A stretch of DNA of 64,000 nucleotides from the human T2T-CHM13v2.0 reference genome, Homo sapiens, in NCBI RefSeq assembly GCF_009914755.1, contig NC_060930.1; one strand, 5' to 3'. The translations under genes were made by a program, and so were the position numbers. The notes beneath the pieces are model-generated. The model ran no database searches. It saw only the letters and a list, made by a program, of their open reading frames with translations, and had not been told where the DNA came from. Positions 28,298 through 42,256 of this stretch are shown piece after piece. How positions within the stretch are numbered: position 1 is the first letter of the stretch; each line of letters starts with the position of its first letter.

Positions 28298-29799
28298 CCC
28301 TATAGCCACAATGACCTAGTTAGACCTCGGTCTATGACTCAGAACATTCTGCTTTTCGTCTGCCATTCCCCCGTTGGTCAAGCCTGTGAATGGTGCCCAA
28401 TCACCAGTTTCCCCAATCCATGCTGGCTTAGTCCCAGGGATTACTATAGAACATTCTGACAACCTTGCTTCAAAGATTTAGGTTGGAAAATGCTGTCTCA
28501 TTTCTGAGCCTTTGGTGGCAATTATGCTACTGGGCTTGAAGGACCATCAGCTCCTCTGAGGCCACTCCTGAAACATCACTGCATTTGGCAGATCTGCTGA
28601 TGCTGGAGAGATTTCTCTGTGGATTTCCATTCTGCGTGCAGTTCTGAAACAGTGGAGTTGGAATCAACGTAGATGATAGAAAAGCATGGTTAAACTAGAA
28701 AGCTGTGGAGGCTTTGCTGACCATTTCTGTCTGTCTCATTTCAACTCAACAATTCAACAAACTGTTCTGTGCCAGGCAAAGTGGAAGGCATGGGGAAGGA
28801 TTCAATATTGGACCAGACAGTCATTTCCTCAAGGAATCCAGCGTTAGCTTCCTTCACCTGTCTTCTCTCTGCTGTGTACTTCTTCTTAACCCCCACAAAC
28901 ATGCCCTTCCTTGTGATTTACTTCTATTTGTTGCTTCCTTAGGATCAACAAGGCTAAAAGGACCCAAAGAGACCAATCTAGAAGTCCCAGAAAAGGTAAC
29001 AAAAAAAGCCCCTCTTTATAGGAAAGTTCCACTAACTTATCATTTGCAAAGTAACAGCCTTCAATGGAGCTATTAAATACCAAATTTCCACACGGGAGAA
29101 TGATCTCAGTTAATGCCTCTAATTCGGAGAATGTGCCCAGTCAAGAGGTTACTCTGCTAGTTTGAGTGTAGTCATAAGACTCTTGTTCTTTAATGCCAAA
29201 AGCATTGAATTGTAACATACAGGAGTCAGAGTAAAAACAGTGACCCCTACCAGCCCCTCCTGCACACCCTATCTATACGTCCAGGATCACCCAAGTGATC
29301 TCGCAGCACTAAGAGGCTAGGTTATAGTCAGTGTAGACAGAAACTCCATGCAGGTTTTCTTGAGGAAGAAAAATTACTCAACGAAACCCCATCCACTCTC
29401 TTCTCACCCACACCATGCACTCTCCTTTGCCTCCTTTGTAAAAGCAGCTGCGAACTTCTGGACTCTGAATTCAGGATAGGAGAAGTAGTAAACAGGAGAG
29501 AAGAGGAGAAAGGGACAGGCTGAGAGGGGCATCCAGGGAGCTTCAGCTCCCTGTTCATTTTCTTAAGGTGGGTTGTGGGTCTGTTAGTATTTGATGTATG
29601 ATAATATACTAGCCTTTAAATATATGCTACATATATTCCTTGGAAAATATAAAATATTTCATAGTAATGAAATGAAAAAAAAAAGTTTCCCAGGTTAATT
29701 CTTATGGTCAGCCAGATTGTACCTGAACTGTTGGTTCATTAGTCTGCTCTTTTTCCAAACCCCTATGCCCCTATTACCTATCTTCTGAACTTACACACT

Positions 29800-29920
29800 C
29801 TCACTCTCTCTCTCTCCCTCCCTCCCTCCCTTTCTTTCTCTCTCTCCCTCCCTTTCCCTCTTCTCTCTCCCCTGTATCTCCACCTGCCACTTCCTCCCAC
29901 TGCCTCCCTTTCCCTTCTGG
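29800..29920 (+). repeat. CT-rich low-complexity tract
   Basis: Directly visible polypyrimidine stretch. Confidence 0.85.
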
Positions 29921-30220
29921 CTGGGTGTCCCATTTCTGCAAAACCTCCTACTCTTTCCTCCCACAGCCTGGGCATCTGTGAGGAGGGAAGGGCTAGTATG
30001 AGCAGACCATCAGGTTAATTCTAGACCAAAGTTTCACTTTAAGATTGTCCACATGGTCCCTAAATCCTCAGATATTATTATAATGATACGTCTTTAAAAG
30101 TGTCCATTACCTAACTAACTGCACCAAGTATTTGAGACTATTCACAAAGGTGCATAGAATATAGAAGGAGCAAATAACAGTTGAGAGAATCAGAACATAG
30201 TTCTCACCACTTTGCTCAGT

Positions 30221-30771
30221 TGTGTTTGTATTAAATTGCTCTGTTATCAACTTAAATTGGAACTATATTTCCTAGAATCCCTATCCTTGAGGTGCTGCCT
30301 TTACTTGACTAGCTCTGGGTAAGAACTGGGTTAAAAGAAACCTTGTGCAAGAATTGTGAGACTGAAGTAAGCAGCAGCCTCCTTTTCTGAAGGTCATATG
30401 GTCAGAGGTGCTAGCAGGCTCTAGCTTCAACTTACTCTCCTCTGCTTCCATTCCAGCCATTCTTCCTGACTTCTGACCCTCTGACCAGCAGCGGCCCCAA
30501 GCCTTTCCTTAGACTCTTGGCTGCAGAGCCATAGATGTTTTTCCTGTAGGCTTTTCCACAATCTCCCTCTTGGCAACCCACTTAGGGGCTGGACATATTT
30601 GGCTTCTTGAAATGACTGGCTAAGGACTCTTGATCATCACTCCCCTATCAGACCATCCATCCCCCAGCACCCTCCTCCTCCCCACAATTGTGAAAGGTTT
30701 AATTCCTGTATAAATCCATTGTCTCATAATTCTTGGTAGTTCAGCTTCCTGGATTGATACCATGATAGATA
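30221..30771 (+). mobile_element. ERVL-class solo LTR (LTR33-like)
   Basis: ggaactatatttcctagaatccct near the start; aattcctgtataaatcc...gcttcctggattgatac near the end. Confidence 0.6.
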
Positions 30772-32129
30772 ACAGTGTTCAGGACCAAAGAGAGACAGCA
30801 CAAATCTGACATTCTCTTTGAAGCATTGACTGCAAGCACCGTAGAGAGCATCTAATCCACCAGTTTCATTTTATAGATGATGAACCTGAAGTGCAGGGAC
30901 ATTCAGTTCAGGTCATTATCAAGATCACCCAGCTACACTGGCAAGTATAGGAACGGGACCCAGCTTACTGACTTGAATGGTTTTAAAATTTTATTTAACA
31001 ATAACTATAGCAATGTTTTAAGTTACTTTTAAATATGTTTACTTTTCAAAAAAATATGTCAAAGCAGTAATTAACACTTTGATGTTGCCTAGAGGCTTAT
31101 TTTAGAAGATAGAGAACTGTTATGATTATTTTGTTTAGTATCTGACAGAAAGCTGGATGGTGTATCAGACAGGTTCTAAATTTCACTATCTTTAATGAAA
31201 ATCAATAATGAAGGCTATTAGAATGAAAGAAAATACGGCCATATAAGAACCTCAAAGTTGATCCTGAATCTAAAGTTACTATGGCAGCATTACTACCAAA
31301 ATTGTATATATTAATTTTGTGGTTCACTAAAGATATTAGCATCTTCAGTATTTAAAATAAACATTAGATTCAAGATGTTCCTATTTATATTTTTAACAAG
31401 CAGATATGTAGACCAGGGAGTATATTTTAGCTGTCATTAAGATAGACACACAAATGCTGAAATTTCCTCACTTCTAACTCAGAATTTTCCCCCTTACAAT
31501 CACATTTGCATTTATAACAATATAAATAGGATGTGTGCTGATTGAAACAGCAGTAATTGCATGAAATTATTTTTTGGGTGTGAAAGGACAGAAAGACTGA
31601 GATTGTGCAAACTACTGTTTATGTGGTTCCTGGGCAGGGCCCTGGGTAAGATCTGAGCCTGGCTGTCCCAGTGCTGAGTCCCAGGACTAGTCCTCAGGCT
31701 GTCCTGGGTAGAGCAAAGCACTCTGAATCCCATCCCTGTGTTGTCGTTCCCTAACTGTATAACCCTGAGTCAATCATGTCACCTGTCGTTGCCTCATCTG
31801 TGCAATATGAGAGTAAATCTGGGTAAGCTCTGAAGTATCCTTCTGTTCTTCAATCCCTTTTTTGTTGTAGTGTCAGGCTATATAATAATGGTATTAATGA
31901 AATTTGTTAGAGATATCGTACTATATAGATGTATCCTACTTTTCCCTAACTCATTATAATTCTGACAAATTTTCAATCACTATGGCAATCACTAACAAAA
32001 AGTAACTTTTGAGGGGAACCTATAATCCAGGCATGATTCACCATCAGAGCTTTTCTTCATAAGGTAAACTGAGCCCCATCTCAGATAAGAGTGAGTTTTG
32101 TCAGCTCACGCACCCAAAGTTCTGTGTCA

Positions 32130-32500
32130 GGCATTCCTGGAGCACGGTGATGTGGGTGCTATGTCACAACCACCTCTTCCTTTGTCTTCCTCTACCATGA
32201 GAGTCCAAAATGCTAAAACACTCAGCTCCCCAGGCAGTCTTGTTTCTAGAGTGGCACTGTGGCCCAGTTCTAGCCAATGGAATCTAAGCCGAAGTGACTG
32301 AGAAGGGCTTTGGGAACATGCTATGGAAGAGACAGGTGAGCTGCCATTCCTCTTCATAAGATGTCGACGTGAAGCCAAGAGGTACAGCATGCTCTTGATT
32401 GCATGAGACCAAGGCCACACACTAAGGAAGGGGCCCACCTGATGGGTTTGAGCTTTGGCCATTCTATTCCTTGTAACCAAACACAGTTTTAACTCAGACA
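32130..32500 (+). mobile_element. ERVL-class LTR (LTR16-like)
   Basis: gtggcccagttctagccaatggaatctaagccgaagtg...ttgtaaccaaacacagttttaactcagaca. Confidence 0.55.
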
Positions 32501-33149
32501 TATGGACTCTGTAAACGGTGTTCAAACAGGGCTGTAACTCACATGGCTTAAAGTAGGGAAAGGGGACAACCATGTTTAGAACACTATGCCTCAGTGCCAT
32601 TATTCACAACTACAGATTTCATAACATACATAGCAAACACAAGAACAGTTCCAAACAGAACTGCAGAATGGATGCCGCTACTTTGTAGAGAAGGAACAAA
32701 GCCATGGAAAAAGGGAGTGAAACAGTGAGAAGGATCCTCCTGGGAGAGGTGGGAGAGTAAATCCCTCCTCTTCCTTCCCTTCCATACGAACTGTACCTAA
32801 AATAGCAGAACAGTTGGAGAAACATGTGCTTTAAAAATTGTTGGTTAAAAGCAAACACAAGTTTTAAAACTTTGATCATAATAATTCCTCCCAAGCTGGC
32901 AGAGCCAAGTTATGCCCAGGGCCAACCTTAGACAATTTTTAAAGTAATAACCAGGCAGGCTTGTTTCAGAACCTTCCTTTGGCTACAGGGGACCTTACTC
33001 TCTGCAGAGGCCCAGGCCTCCCTACCCTGCCTCCCTCACTCTCCCCGGTCCCAGCCTTTTCATCCTTTCACTTTTGGTACAAGGTCTCTCTCCTATTTTC
33101 TTAGTAATATGGTCTGCTTCTCATGCATCCTAGTTCATAAATGAACTCC

Positions 33150-33380
33150 TCAGTATAAAGTAACGTTCAAGAGTCCAGGCTTTGGAGTTAGACTGATAAG
33201 ATTTGGCTAATTACTATTCATGTGGTCTTACACAAATTAACCTTGGCAAAATAGTAAGTTTCCTCATTTGGGAAATAGGGATAATAGCAAATACCTTATA
33301 GGGATAGAATTGAGATTTAAATATTTGCAAAGTATTTAGCATAGAAACATAGTAACCTTAGTAAACATTAATAATAAGTG
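33150..33380 (+). mobile_element. MIR SINE
   Basis: aagagtccaggctttggagttagac...gtttcctcatttgggaaatagggataatag. Confidence 0.7.
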
Positions 33381-33593
33381 CTGATGACTTGGTGTTATTT
33401 CACTCAAGTCATCTGGAGTTTAAAAAGAACTCTCTCAAAATGCCACATTAACACAAATTAGTTTGGGTGATATCGGGGCCAGGAAGTTCTTCCTTGGCCC
33501 ATCAGATGAATTGGTCAATCTATATGCATTAGGCATCTTCAATATGCTCAGTGATGCAGTAAGCCCTGGGGCAGAGTGTGGATGTTTGTGTGT

Positions 33594-34000
33594 TGTGTTA
33601 GTCCATTTGGCATTGCTATAAATAAATACCTAAGACTGGATAACTTATAAAGAAAACAGGTTTATTTTGGTTCACGGTTCTGTAGACTGTGCAAGAAGCA
33701 TAGTGTCAACACCTGCTTTTGATGAGGCCTCAGGGAGCTTACAATCATGGCAGAAGGTAAAGGGAGAGCAGGCAAGTCTCATCTCAAGAGAGGGAACAAG
33801 AGAGAGAAAGGAGAAGGTTCCAGGTTCTTTTTTAAACAACCAGTTATTACAAGAGCAAACAGAGTGATGAGAACTCACTCATCACTGCAGGGAGGGATCT
33901 GTCCCCATGACCCAAACACCTTCCAGGAGGCCCCACCTCCAACTTTGGGGCTCACATTTCAACAGAAGATTTGGAGGGGACAAATATCCAAACTATATCA
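33594..34000 (-). mobile_element. MST (MSTA/MSTB) MaLR solo LTR
   Basis: ttagtccatttggcattgctataaataaatacc...gaggcctcagggagcttacaatcatggcagaagg...ccaaactatatca. Confidence 0.9.
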
Positions 34001-34025
34001 TGTATATGTGGAGAGGGGGTTGTGT

Positions 34026-34027
<2 letters not shown>

Positions 34028-34079
<52 letters not shown>
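34028..34079 (+). repeat. (TG)n microsatellite
   Basis: About 25 perfect TG units. Confidence 0.97.
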
Positions 34080-34080
<1 letters not shown>

Positions 34081-36439
34081 TGAGGGGGCACAGATGAATG
34101 AGGAGTGTTTTCTCCCCTTAGGATTTCACCTTGCCACAAGCCATCTGGGCTTCTCCCTCCAGGGTCAGCCCACCCAAATAGACCACCTAGTGCCTTGGGT
34201 GGAGTTGAGTACTTGCAGGTGTTTTGAGTAGGTTGGGAAATGATACTTTGGGCTTCTGTGAGGCTTCTGGAGGACATAACCGGCTGCATTTGGGGACTAG
34301 ATGGCAGGAATGGAACAGGCTGTTCAGCACCAGTCAACTTTATCGTCTACCTACTGTTGGACCACAGAAGGATACTTCAATGCTCTTAGGTAGCCACTTC
34401 CTGCAAAAGGCGATACTTTTCTGAAGTCTAATTTGTGTTCTTAGCCTGTGATGCTCTTTCCACTACGAAAGTGATTTTCCTTTACTAAAATCCTAGATTT
34501 CAGTCCAACAAATTGAACTAGTCATAGGGGGTAAGTTGGGGTTAGAACTAAAGACTATGAATCAAAAGTAGGACTATTTCCACTGACATCAAACAGGAGT
34601 GACAAACAGGTAATTAAGGCTAGCATGTTTCTAATTAAAACTCTAATCACGTCAAGCTTTTCTGACCCAAATAGCAAGCCACAATTCCTACTGCTTAATG
34701 AAAGCAGAATTCCTAGCAATCGATGCTCCACTCTAATGCTCATTCATTTATATAAAGGTCAATTGCCACATAATATCCACAGCTGATTGCCACCCACAGG
34801 AAAAGTGGTGGGAGGGAAAAAAATGCATGTGATGACAGTTATTCTTGCCCAGCTTTCCAGCTTTTAAAAATACCTGCGTCTGCGTGATGACTACACCGGG
34901 AGGCCTTGATTGCAGCCTGTTTTTCTATAATGGATTAGAGGCAAGTTTGCTTTTTAACTGTTATACTATGATATTGGCCTATAGCAACAGGACAGTGAGT
35001 CCTTAGGTTTGTTGTCCTCATCATCACAGTTAGTCATACATAAAGAGTACATAAACACGTGCAGCTCGATTTCTTTAAATGCCTCTGTTGCTCATTGGAA
35101 AAGCATTGTCAGATCCGATTCATGTTCCCACCTGACAAATATTCAGTCTTATTTTCAAACACTTGTGGAGCAAGATAAGATACCGTAACCAAATCAGAAG
35201 AAAATAAAGATCTTAAAGGAGCTGGCTGCCAAATCACCAAGCAGAATGCTCCCTTCTGTATACTTACCTAATTTTTATGCTAGAAATTGTACCTGCTTTG
35301 TTACTTAGCTGACCATGAACAGAAAAGCAATACCCCAGAACCCAGTAGAGAATAGCAAAATCTTATAGAGCATAATACAAGGAGCCAATTTCTTTTCATC
35401 AGAGAAAAACAAATTTGTTGACGAAGCAAGTTTAGCCATAAGATCACATACTTGTATTTTGAAGCAAATTCCAAACATAAGAAGAAAATTTATTTGAAAG
35501 TGCTCTTCTGAAAAGCAGAAGGGAAGCTATGTGAATAAATATATTTGTCCCTGCAAACAAGAATGAAGTCATAGTCTGGGATGGAGTGAGCTGATTCAGA
35601 GGTTTCTCTGAGATACTGCAGTTGCTGATCCGATCAGACACATAAGGGCATGCCACCTGTGGATTCCTAGCCAGCAGATCGTCTGAGTGTTATACTTTCC
35701 ATCTGGTTCTTTGCGGACTCTGATTTCCTTTCCTAGCCAGAGCCCATTGTCAGGGTAACCAGCTCTCACTTCGAGTCCCTGCCCTTCTCTTCCCATCCTT
35801 AACCTGTACACGGTTTCACAAAATGGAACATGTAGACCTTTCTTTAACCAAGAGTTACTTTTTCTGTTTTATTTTTCTCAGCAGATGCTCTTACACTGTT
35901 AACCTCAACAAACCCATTTTGCCTGAGGCGTTTATGGTCCTAAATGGCTTCACTGTGTTATAACACCCCACCCTCATTCCCACTACCACCAGGTTTGTAT
36001 GTAAAGTTAAAAAGGAGCTTTCTCAAAATAATATCAAAATGTCACCACATCTTAAAAATAAAGCCCAGGTTATGAATTGTACTTTGAGCAAGCACTGTGC
36101 CTCTGGAGCCCCACACCTTTCTCAAGCAGGGCTGCTAGAATGACCACAAAACCCCAAAGCACCCACAGTAAACAGGAGGATTTGGTAGCTAGGATGGTCA
36201 TAGCCAGTCACTGTTAATATCTTATAGCTGCAGGAGGACTGAGGTTGGGGAGCATGGAATCGAAGGGCACTAATAGCTGTGGGCTGACAAAGATTGCAAA
36301 TCCCTGCTCTAATTCAGCCTCAGCCTCTTGTGGGGCACATTTGCATATGTATAAGTGAACTCAATTTTTCTTTCATGTCACTTTATGTATTGTACAAGAT
36401 TTTAAAAACAGCATTATTGTTGCTCTTTGCTAAAGGCCA

Positions 36440-37530
36440 GAAAGGTCTTTCAAAGATGAAAATCTGATCATGTCACTAAGTGGCTCAGAACTCTTCAATG
36501 CCCTCCTGTTCTCTTTTAATCAAGGCCACAGTCTTTAAGGTAGCCTAGGAGCTTCTGTCTGGTGGGGCCTGGCCTGCCTCCCCTGACTCTGTTCTCTCTT
36601 TTTCCTCCTCCCTCCCTCTGCTCACTCTGCTATTGTGAAAACTGTAAAGAAGGCAGGTCTTGTTCAGGGCTGCTACAATAGATGTCAAAACTATCACAAC
36701 AGGGGAGAGAGACAGAGTTCAATTCCAAGTACAATAAGGACAGCTGGGGATTTACAGCCAACAAGCAGAGCAAGGGGGTCAGTGGATGGAAAATTAAAGA
36801 GGAGACAGCAAGGGTAGGGAGATTCTTGCCAAAGGCAGGCCAGGGGAATCAGGTATCAAGAGTGGAGGGTACTTTCTAAACTGACTTGACAGGATTCTTC
36901 CTGAAACTGCATTTGCCAGTCAAAAAGAGGACATGGCCAAGGTCAGAGCCTAGTAAAGAAAAGGATCCAGAAGAGCCTAAGGGTGGTCAGGGAGATATTC
37001 TTTGTCACTCTCCAGCCTCTACACCAGCCTCCTTCCAGGCCCTCTGCTCCGGTGCCCCCTCATCAGAGGGAACATTCTTCAATGCTTCTGCTCTCACTTT
37101 AAATTGTTTAACCATAATCACCAACGTATGATTTCAAGGCTTGGTTAGGAAATATGCCGTATGATTCGAAGAACCTGTTAAACCCACACAAGAGAAAACA
37201 TTTCAATATTTCCAAATCAATTATCTTAAATGAGGGTTATGTAACAAAAGGACAAAGTAAGGATGTCAAACACCCACTTTAACTTAGTAAGAAAATCATC
37301 CATGGTAAAATATTTATGTGCTTAGAATCATCACCCAAAACAGGACTTTTCTGAAGTTCTCAGTTACTGTTAGTTAAGAAGGCTCAGAAATCGAGCCAAC
37401 CTCAGAAGGAAGACAAAGTTGGAGACTAAATGGTCATGCCTCCTCATCACTTCGATCTCAGCCCCCAGGTTCCCTCCCTTTAGAAGCCTTTCTTGACCCT
37501 GAAGACCCTAGGCTAGGTCTTCCTAGCTAA
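36440..37530 (+). mobile_element. L2 fragment interrupted by an LTR and by the inverted-duplication arm
   Basis: aaatctgatcatgtcact...tcttcaatgccctcctg, resuming at ctccagcctct and again at ctcatcacttcgatctcagc...agaagcctttcttgaccc. Confidence 0.6.
36634..37007 (-). mobile_element. ERV1 solo LTR (MER31/MER67-like)
   Basis: The reverse strand starts tgacaaagaatatctccctgacc...aggctcttctgg...ctaggctctgaccttgg; TG...CA ends. Confidence 0.7.
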
Positions 37531-38422
37531 GGATCACCGGGAAACCATCAGAGTCTGTCCTCTATTAGCAGAGGACAGAAGCTCTTTATTATGAGCTCAG
37601 CTCATTTTCATGTCATCCTTCCCTGGAAGCAGTGTGAGCAGAGCATAAATACAGAAAACACATCGTGAGATTCCTGGAAGCCTGCTTGGGTATTTGTTTA
37701 AAAGGCTTAATCAAGTTAGTGAAAATTATGTGTTATACTACTTTGCAATTTAAAGATAAAGAAGTAAAAAATGATGTAGAGAACTCAGTTTTTTGATAAG
37801 ATTCAAATCAAAGTTAATGTGTTGCTTTGAACTCCTAGTTTTTTATCTAGCTCTTACCCATGCCAATATCTGCATTAGTTTAAATAGTATCTGTGGATGG
37901 TTACGATAATTTTATGATAATAAAATTAACCATAGGAGGCAACGTCATGTTTTCTGCAGTGTTTGATAGCATTTTCATCAGCATTTCATGATATACTGTG
38001 GTATGAGCATGGTTTTCTGATGTGATATCCTTCTAAGCTGCCTGACCAGACAATGCTCATAGTGTTTTTTAAAAACACAAGTGATGTAACTTAGTCTCCA
38101 ACTTTGTCTTCTGATGTTGGCTCAACTTCTGAGCCTTCTTAGCTAACAATTGTAACTGAAAACTTCAGAAAAGTCCTGTTTTGGGTGATGATTCTAAGCA
38201 CATAAATATTTTACCATGGATGATTTTTTACTAAGTTAAAGTGGGTGTCTGACATCCTTACTTTGTCCTCTTATTACATAACCCTCATTTAAGATAATTG
38301 ATTTGGAAACGTTGAAATGTATTCTCTTGTGTGAGTTTAACAGGTTGTTTGAATCATAAGACATATTTCCTATCCAATCCCTGAAATTATACGTTGGTGA
38401 TTATGGTTAAACAATTTAAAGT
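37096..38422. repeat. Long inverted repeat: arms 37096-37429 and 38091-38422, 661-bp spacer
   Basis: Manual alignment gives about 20 substitutions and 3 small indels over ~333 bp, including a ~67-bp perfect block. Confidence 0.97.
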
Positions 38423-39269
38423 TCTGAAATGGCTATTTACCTGATTTGCTGAACTGTTGATCAAAGTATCTTGTACATCTCTTTCCATGTGAAAACAATA
38501 CAATTCTGAACCCACAGTCATGCCCAGAAATGCCCAGTGTTCACTTAACCAGTACTTTGCTACCCACGTAGCACTAACTTACATTGTCCCCTCTTGGCCA
38601 CTGTTTCATTTATTCAAGCCCATAGCCCCATGTCATAAAAAATGTGGAGTGCTTTGTTACTATTGATTATCATTATCAACAAGACATGATCTTGAATTTG
38701 TCATAAAGCTAAAATTGTATAATTTAACGAATCAGCCAGTTGTGAATATTGCAACCAACAGTTGACAGTCCTGCTGTTGAGGAGCTAATCACAATCATAA
38801 AAACAGCTAAAATTTATTGAGCACCTGCCATGTGCCAAGTACTGTTGCTAAGCATTTTATATACATTTTCAGCATCATCAGTTAGGGTTTTAATTACCAG
38901 CTGATAAGGAGATTCTCAGTAATCACTACAGTCTTAAAAAGCATAATTAATTCTATACTTTGATTTATTACCCTTAATAATTCATTTCTTTTGAAATCCC
39001 AAAATGTTACGAGAGTGTTGGATTTTTTTTCCCAAAAAAAAAGGAGCAGGGATGAAGAGGTTTGAGAAACATTGAGGGAATAAAATAAATACACAAATAA
39101 TTATAATAAAAAGCAGAAAAAGATAAATGCCACAAAAGATATATGAGTAGAAGTTCTCATCTGGCTCAAGAAGGGGAGAAAGGTAGTCAAAAAAATACTC
39201 ATGAAAGAGGTCACAGTGGAGAAAAGCATTGTATGGCCAGTGGCATTTTGTTTGTTTGTTTGTTTTACA

Positions 39270-39740
39270 GACAACATTTGGCACACCTCAAGAAGGTAGA
39301 ACAACTGATGTAGCAGAAGCAGCACAATTATGGGGGCAAGAAATGAATGGGGGTTTCAATGAACATCAAGATCTAGTCTGGTTGACAGCTAGAGGAAAGG
39401 TAAAGGAGAGCAGAGGAAAAATTCTGGAAGAGGGGGCTGGGCCAGTGCTTCGAAGGGTCCTCAAAGCAGCAGACCAGGAGCTGGGGTTGAGCTTGATAAG
39501 TAGGGGGGTACTTGAAAGCTTCCAAGCAGGGACATGATGGCATCACCCCAGCACTTAAGGAAAATGAATCCTGCAGGGATATTTCGAAGGCGCAGGTTCA
39601 GAAGGGGACTGACTTGGAGGAAATCAGCTAGAAGCCTATTAAGATGGCTCAGGTGAGAGATAATGAGGGCCCGGGCCAAGGCTGTGGTGGTGATAATGAG
39701 AAGTAGAGAAAGAACCAGCGGCATGAGGCTGAAACCCTGA
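39270..39740 (-). mobile_element. L2 fragment
   Basis: gctagaagcctattaagatggctcaggtgagagataatgagggcc is typical reverse L2. Confidence 0.65.
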
Positions 39741-41099
39741 TCTCTGCAGCACGTCAGCAGCCCTTCAATTAATGGGTAAACGACATGGAATGCCCTCCCA
39801 AGCTGGGAAAACACCTCATGATTTCATGTTTAATTCAGCAGATCACTTCCCATTTTCAGTGCAGGGTAAAGCTTTTCTTTGTTGTTTACTTTTAATGGAA
39901 GCAACAGGAAATTTTCCAAGAGTAACTTTAAAAATAGAAATCGGAATTTGAAAAAAAGACCCCCAATTTCTTAGTTTGTCTCTGAGGATTAGCGAGAGAA
40001 TGAGCCAAGTGTATGGAGTCCAAGGTTAAATGAATGCTGTGGGCAAAAAAGCCTGTTTTACAATGTGTATGTGTGACTGTGTGTGGCCTATATAATAGAG
40101 AGTTGTGCTATATTTAACTTTCTGAGAAAAGCATAGTTAAGAGGAGACAATTCTTACAAGATTGTCCTTTTGTTCAACATCACAACTGATTTTGAGTTGT
40201 CAAAATGCACAAAGAAAGAAAATTGAAGTTTCTGACCATGCCTATAACAGAAGGAAAGGCCAGTACCTGCAACATGATTAATTCATATTATAATTATGTT
40301 TTTAATTAAGTTACACTCAGTTTCTATTCTGATTCTTAAATATGTATTAAATATGTCATGCTTTATAGGCCCAGTGATCAACATTGATAACCTTCTGGTT
40401 TGGAAAAGGTTGAATTCGACCATTGCCATTAATTCCTTAGTTCAGAGGAACTCTCTGATGGGTAATAGCAGCAGAATTTTACAGTTGCTTTTAAATTTTC
40501 TAATTCTCTTACAAGTGGCTCATACTGTGTAGCTTGTTGCTAAATCTTATCGCCCAGTTTCCATTTTTCTTTATAAGTGACATCCTGGATACCAGAAAAC
40601 AAAAAATGAGGATCATAAAACTGGGGTGATTGTGTGGTATAGGAAGGAGAATGCCTCCATGTTTTTATATACCAACTTCCTTTTTTCTCTCCTTTAACCT
40701 TCATTACCCATATACTTAAGTTGTGAGCAGGTGGACATTATCTGTGAGCAGCAGAAGGCTGAACACAGCAGAACAGAGTTTAATATTATAATCAGATGAA
40801 ATTTGCGTTGAAAAATTTCTGAAAATTCTGATTAAGCATAATTGATCACTAAGGGTTAGCTAGTAATCTGTATGAGATTTATACAAACTAATTTGACAAG
40901 ATATTTTGTTATTGTTGTTTGTATGTTTATTTTCAAATAGCTATAGTTTTTCAGTGGTATAATGAATCTGCTCCTTTGCTCTTTCTAAACTGTTACCCTA
41001 CCACCATGTAAAAAAAGAAAAAAAAAAAAAAACCACCACACCCATACACACACAGGGAGAGAGGTATTTTCCTCATAATGTCAAGTGAGGCTCTTTGTC

Positions 41100-41540
41100 C
41101 TAAATGGAAACTCTCATTTCCTCCCCACCCTCTCCAAGATCTGCCTGCTTCCCTGAGTCTCATGTCTTCGTACCACCAGTACACTCTTTGCTTCCTTCAG
41201 CCAGAAACTTAGAAATTCTCTCTCAGAACGCTTTTTCTCCTTTGCCATCAGCATCCAAGTCCCAGAAATTTTACTCTCTAGATACCTCTGGAATTCATAG
41301 ATTTTTGTTAGTTTCTACCATCACTCTCATAACTCAGGCTCATCTTATCCTTGACCTATGGTAAGACTCCAGCCTTCTTTCTTTGCAGCCAGAAATTCAA
41401 CTAAATCACAAACCTGAACTCCCTACTGGAACCTACTTGATTACGTATAAATTAAAGGCACTCTTCCATAGCATGGCATATGAATCTGCCTATGACCTGG
41501 TCCTGCTCTTTCTCTCTGCAGTCTCTAATACCTTAAGCTT
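41100..41540 (+). mobile_element. L2 fragment
   Basis: ttccttcagccagaaacttagaaattctc...gcatggcatatgaatctgcctatgacctgg. Confidence 0.55.
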
Positions 41541-41566
41541 TAAAATTACCAAATGGGAGTGGGCTT

Positions 41567-42135
41567 CATGGTAGATGAATTCTAAATATGTTCGCCCAAG
41601 ATTCCCATCACCTGGTTATTCAGTCAAATACTAATCTAGATATTGCTGTGGTGATAGATCCTGCAGATGTAATTAAGGTTACTAATCAGCTGTCCTGAAG
41701 ATACAGAGAGTAGCCTGGGTTATTCCGGTGGGCCTAGTGTAATCACACAAGGCCTTAAAAGCACAGAACTTTCTTCAGCTGGAGGAAGGCCAGATGAGGT
41801 ATACAGATTTGAAGACTAAGAAAGACTCAACCTACAGTTGCTGGCTTTGAAGATAAGTGGGACCATTAACCAGGGAAAGCAGGCTGAGAACTGCCTCATC
41901 CAATAGTCCAGAAGGAAACAGGGACCACAGGCAGAACTGAATTCTACCAACAACCCAAAGGAGAGCTAGAAGCAATGTCTCCTCCAGAGCCTCCAGATAA
42001 GAGCCCAGGCTGCCTGATACCTTCATTTCAGCCTTGTGAGGTCTGGAGCACAGAAACCAGCCAAGCCCATCAGACTTCTGACTTGAAGAGATATAGGATA
42101 ATAAATTTGTATTAAGATGTTGAGTATGTTCATAC
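41567..42135 (+). mobile_element. MLT1E-type MaLR LTR
   Basis: cccaagattcccatcacctggttattcagtcaaatactaatctag...tgcagatgtaattaaggttactaatcagctg...ctccagagcctccagataagagccc. Confidence 0.85.
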
Positions 42136-42256
42136 AAACCATCTTTTTAATTCTATTCAATGTTCTAAGTTCAACATACATGTTTGAGTCCCTATTACTT
42201 GCTGAGTGTTATGCTAAATGCTGCTGTGTGTGTGTATGTGTGTGTGTGTGTGCATA

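Noticed and set aside
33747-34337. ORFs with CVCVCV/HTHTHT runs
   Set aside because: Translations of the (TG)n microsatellite and the MST LTR.
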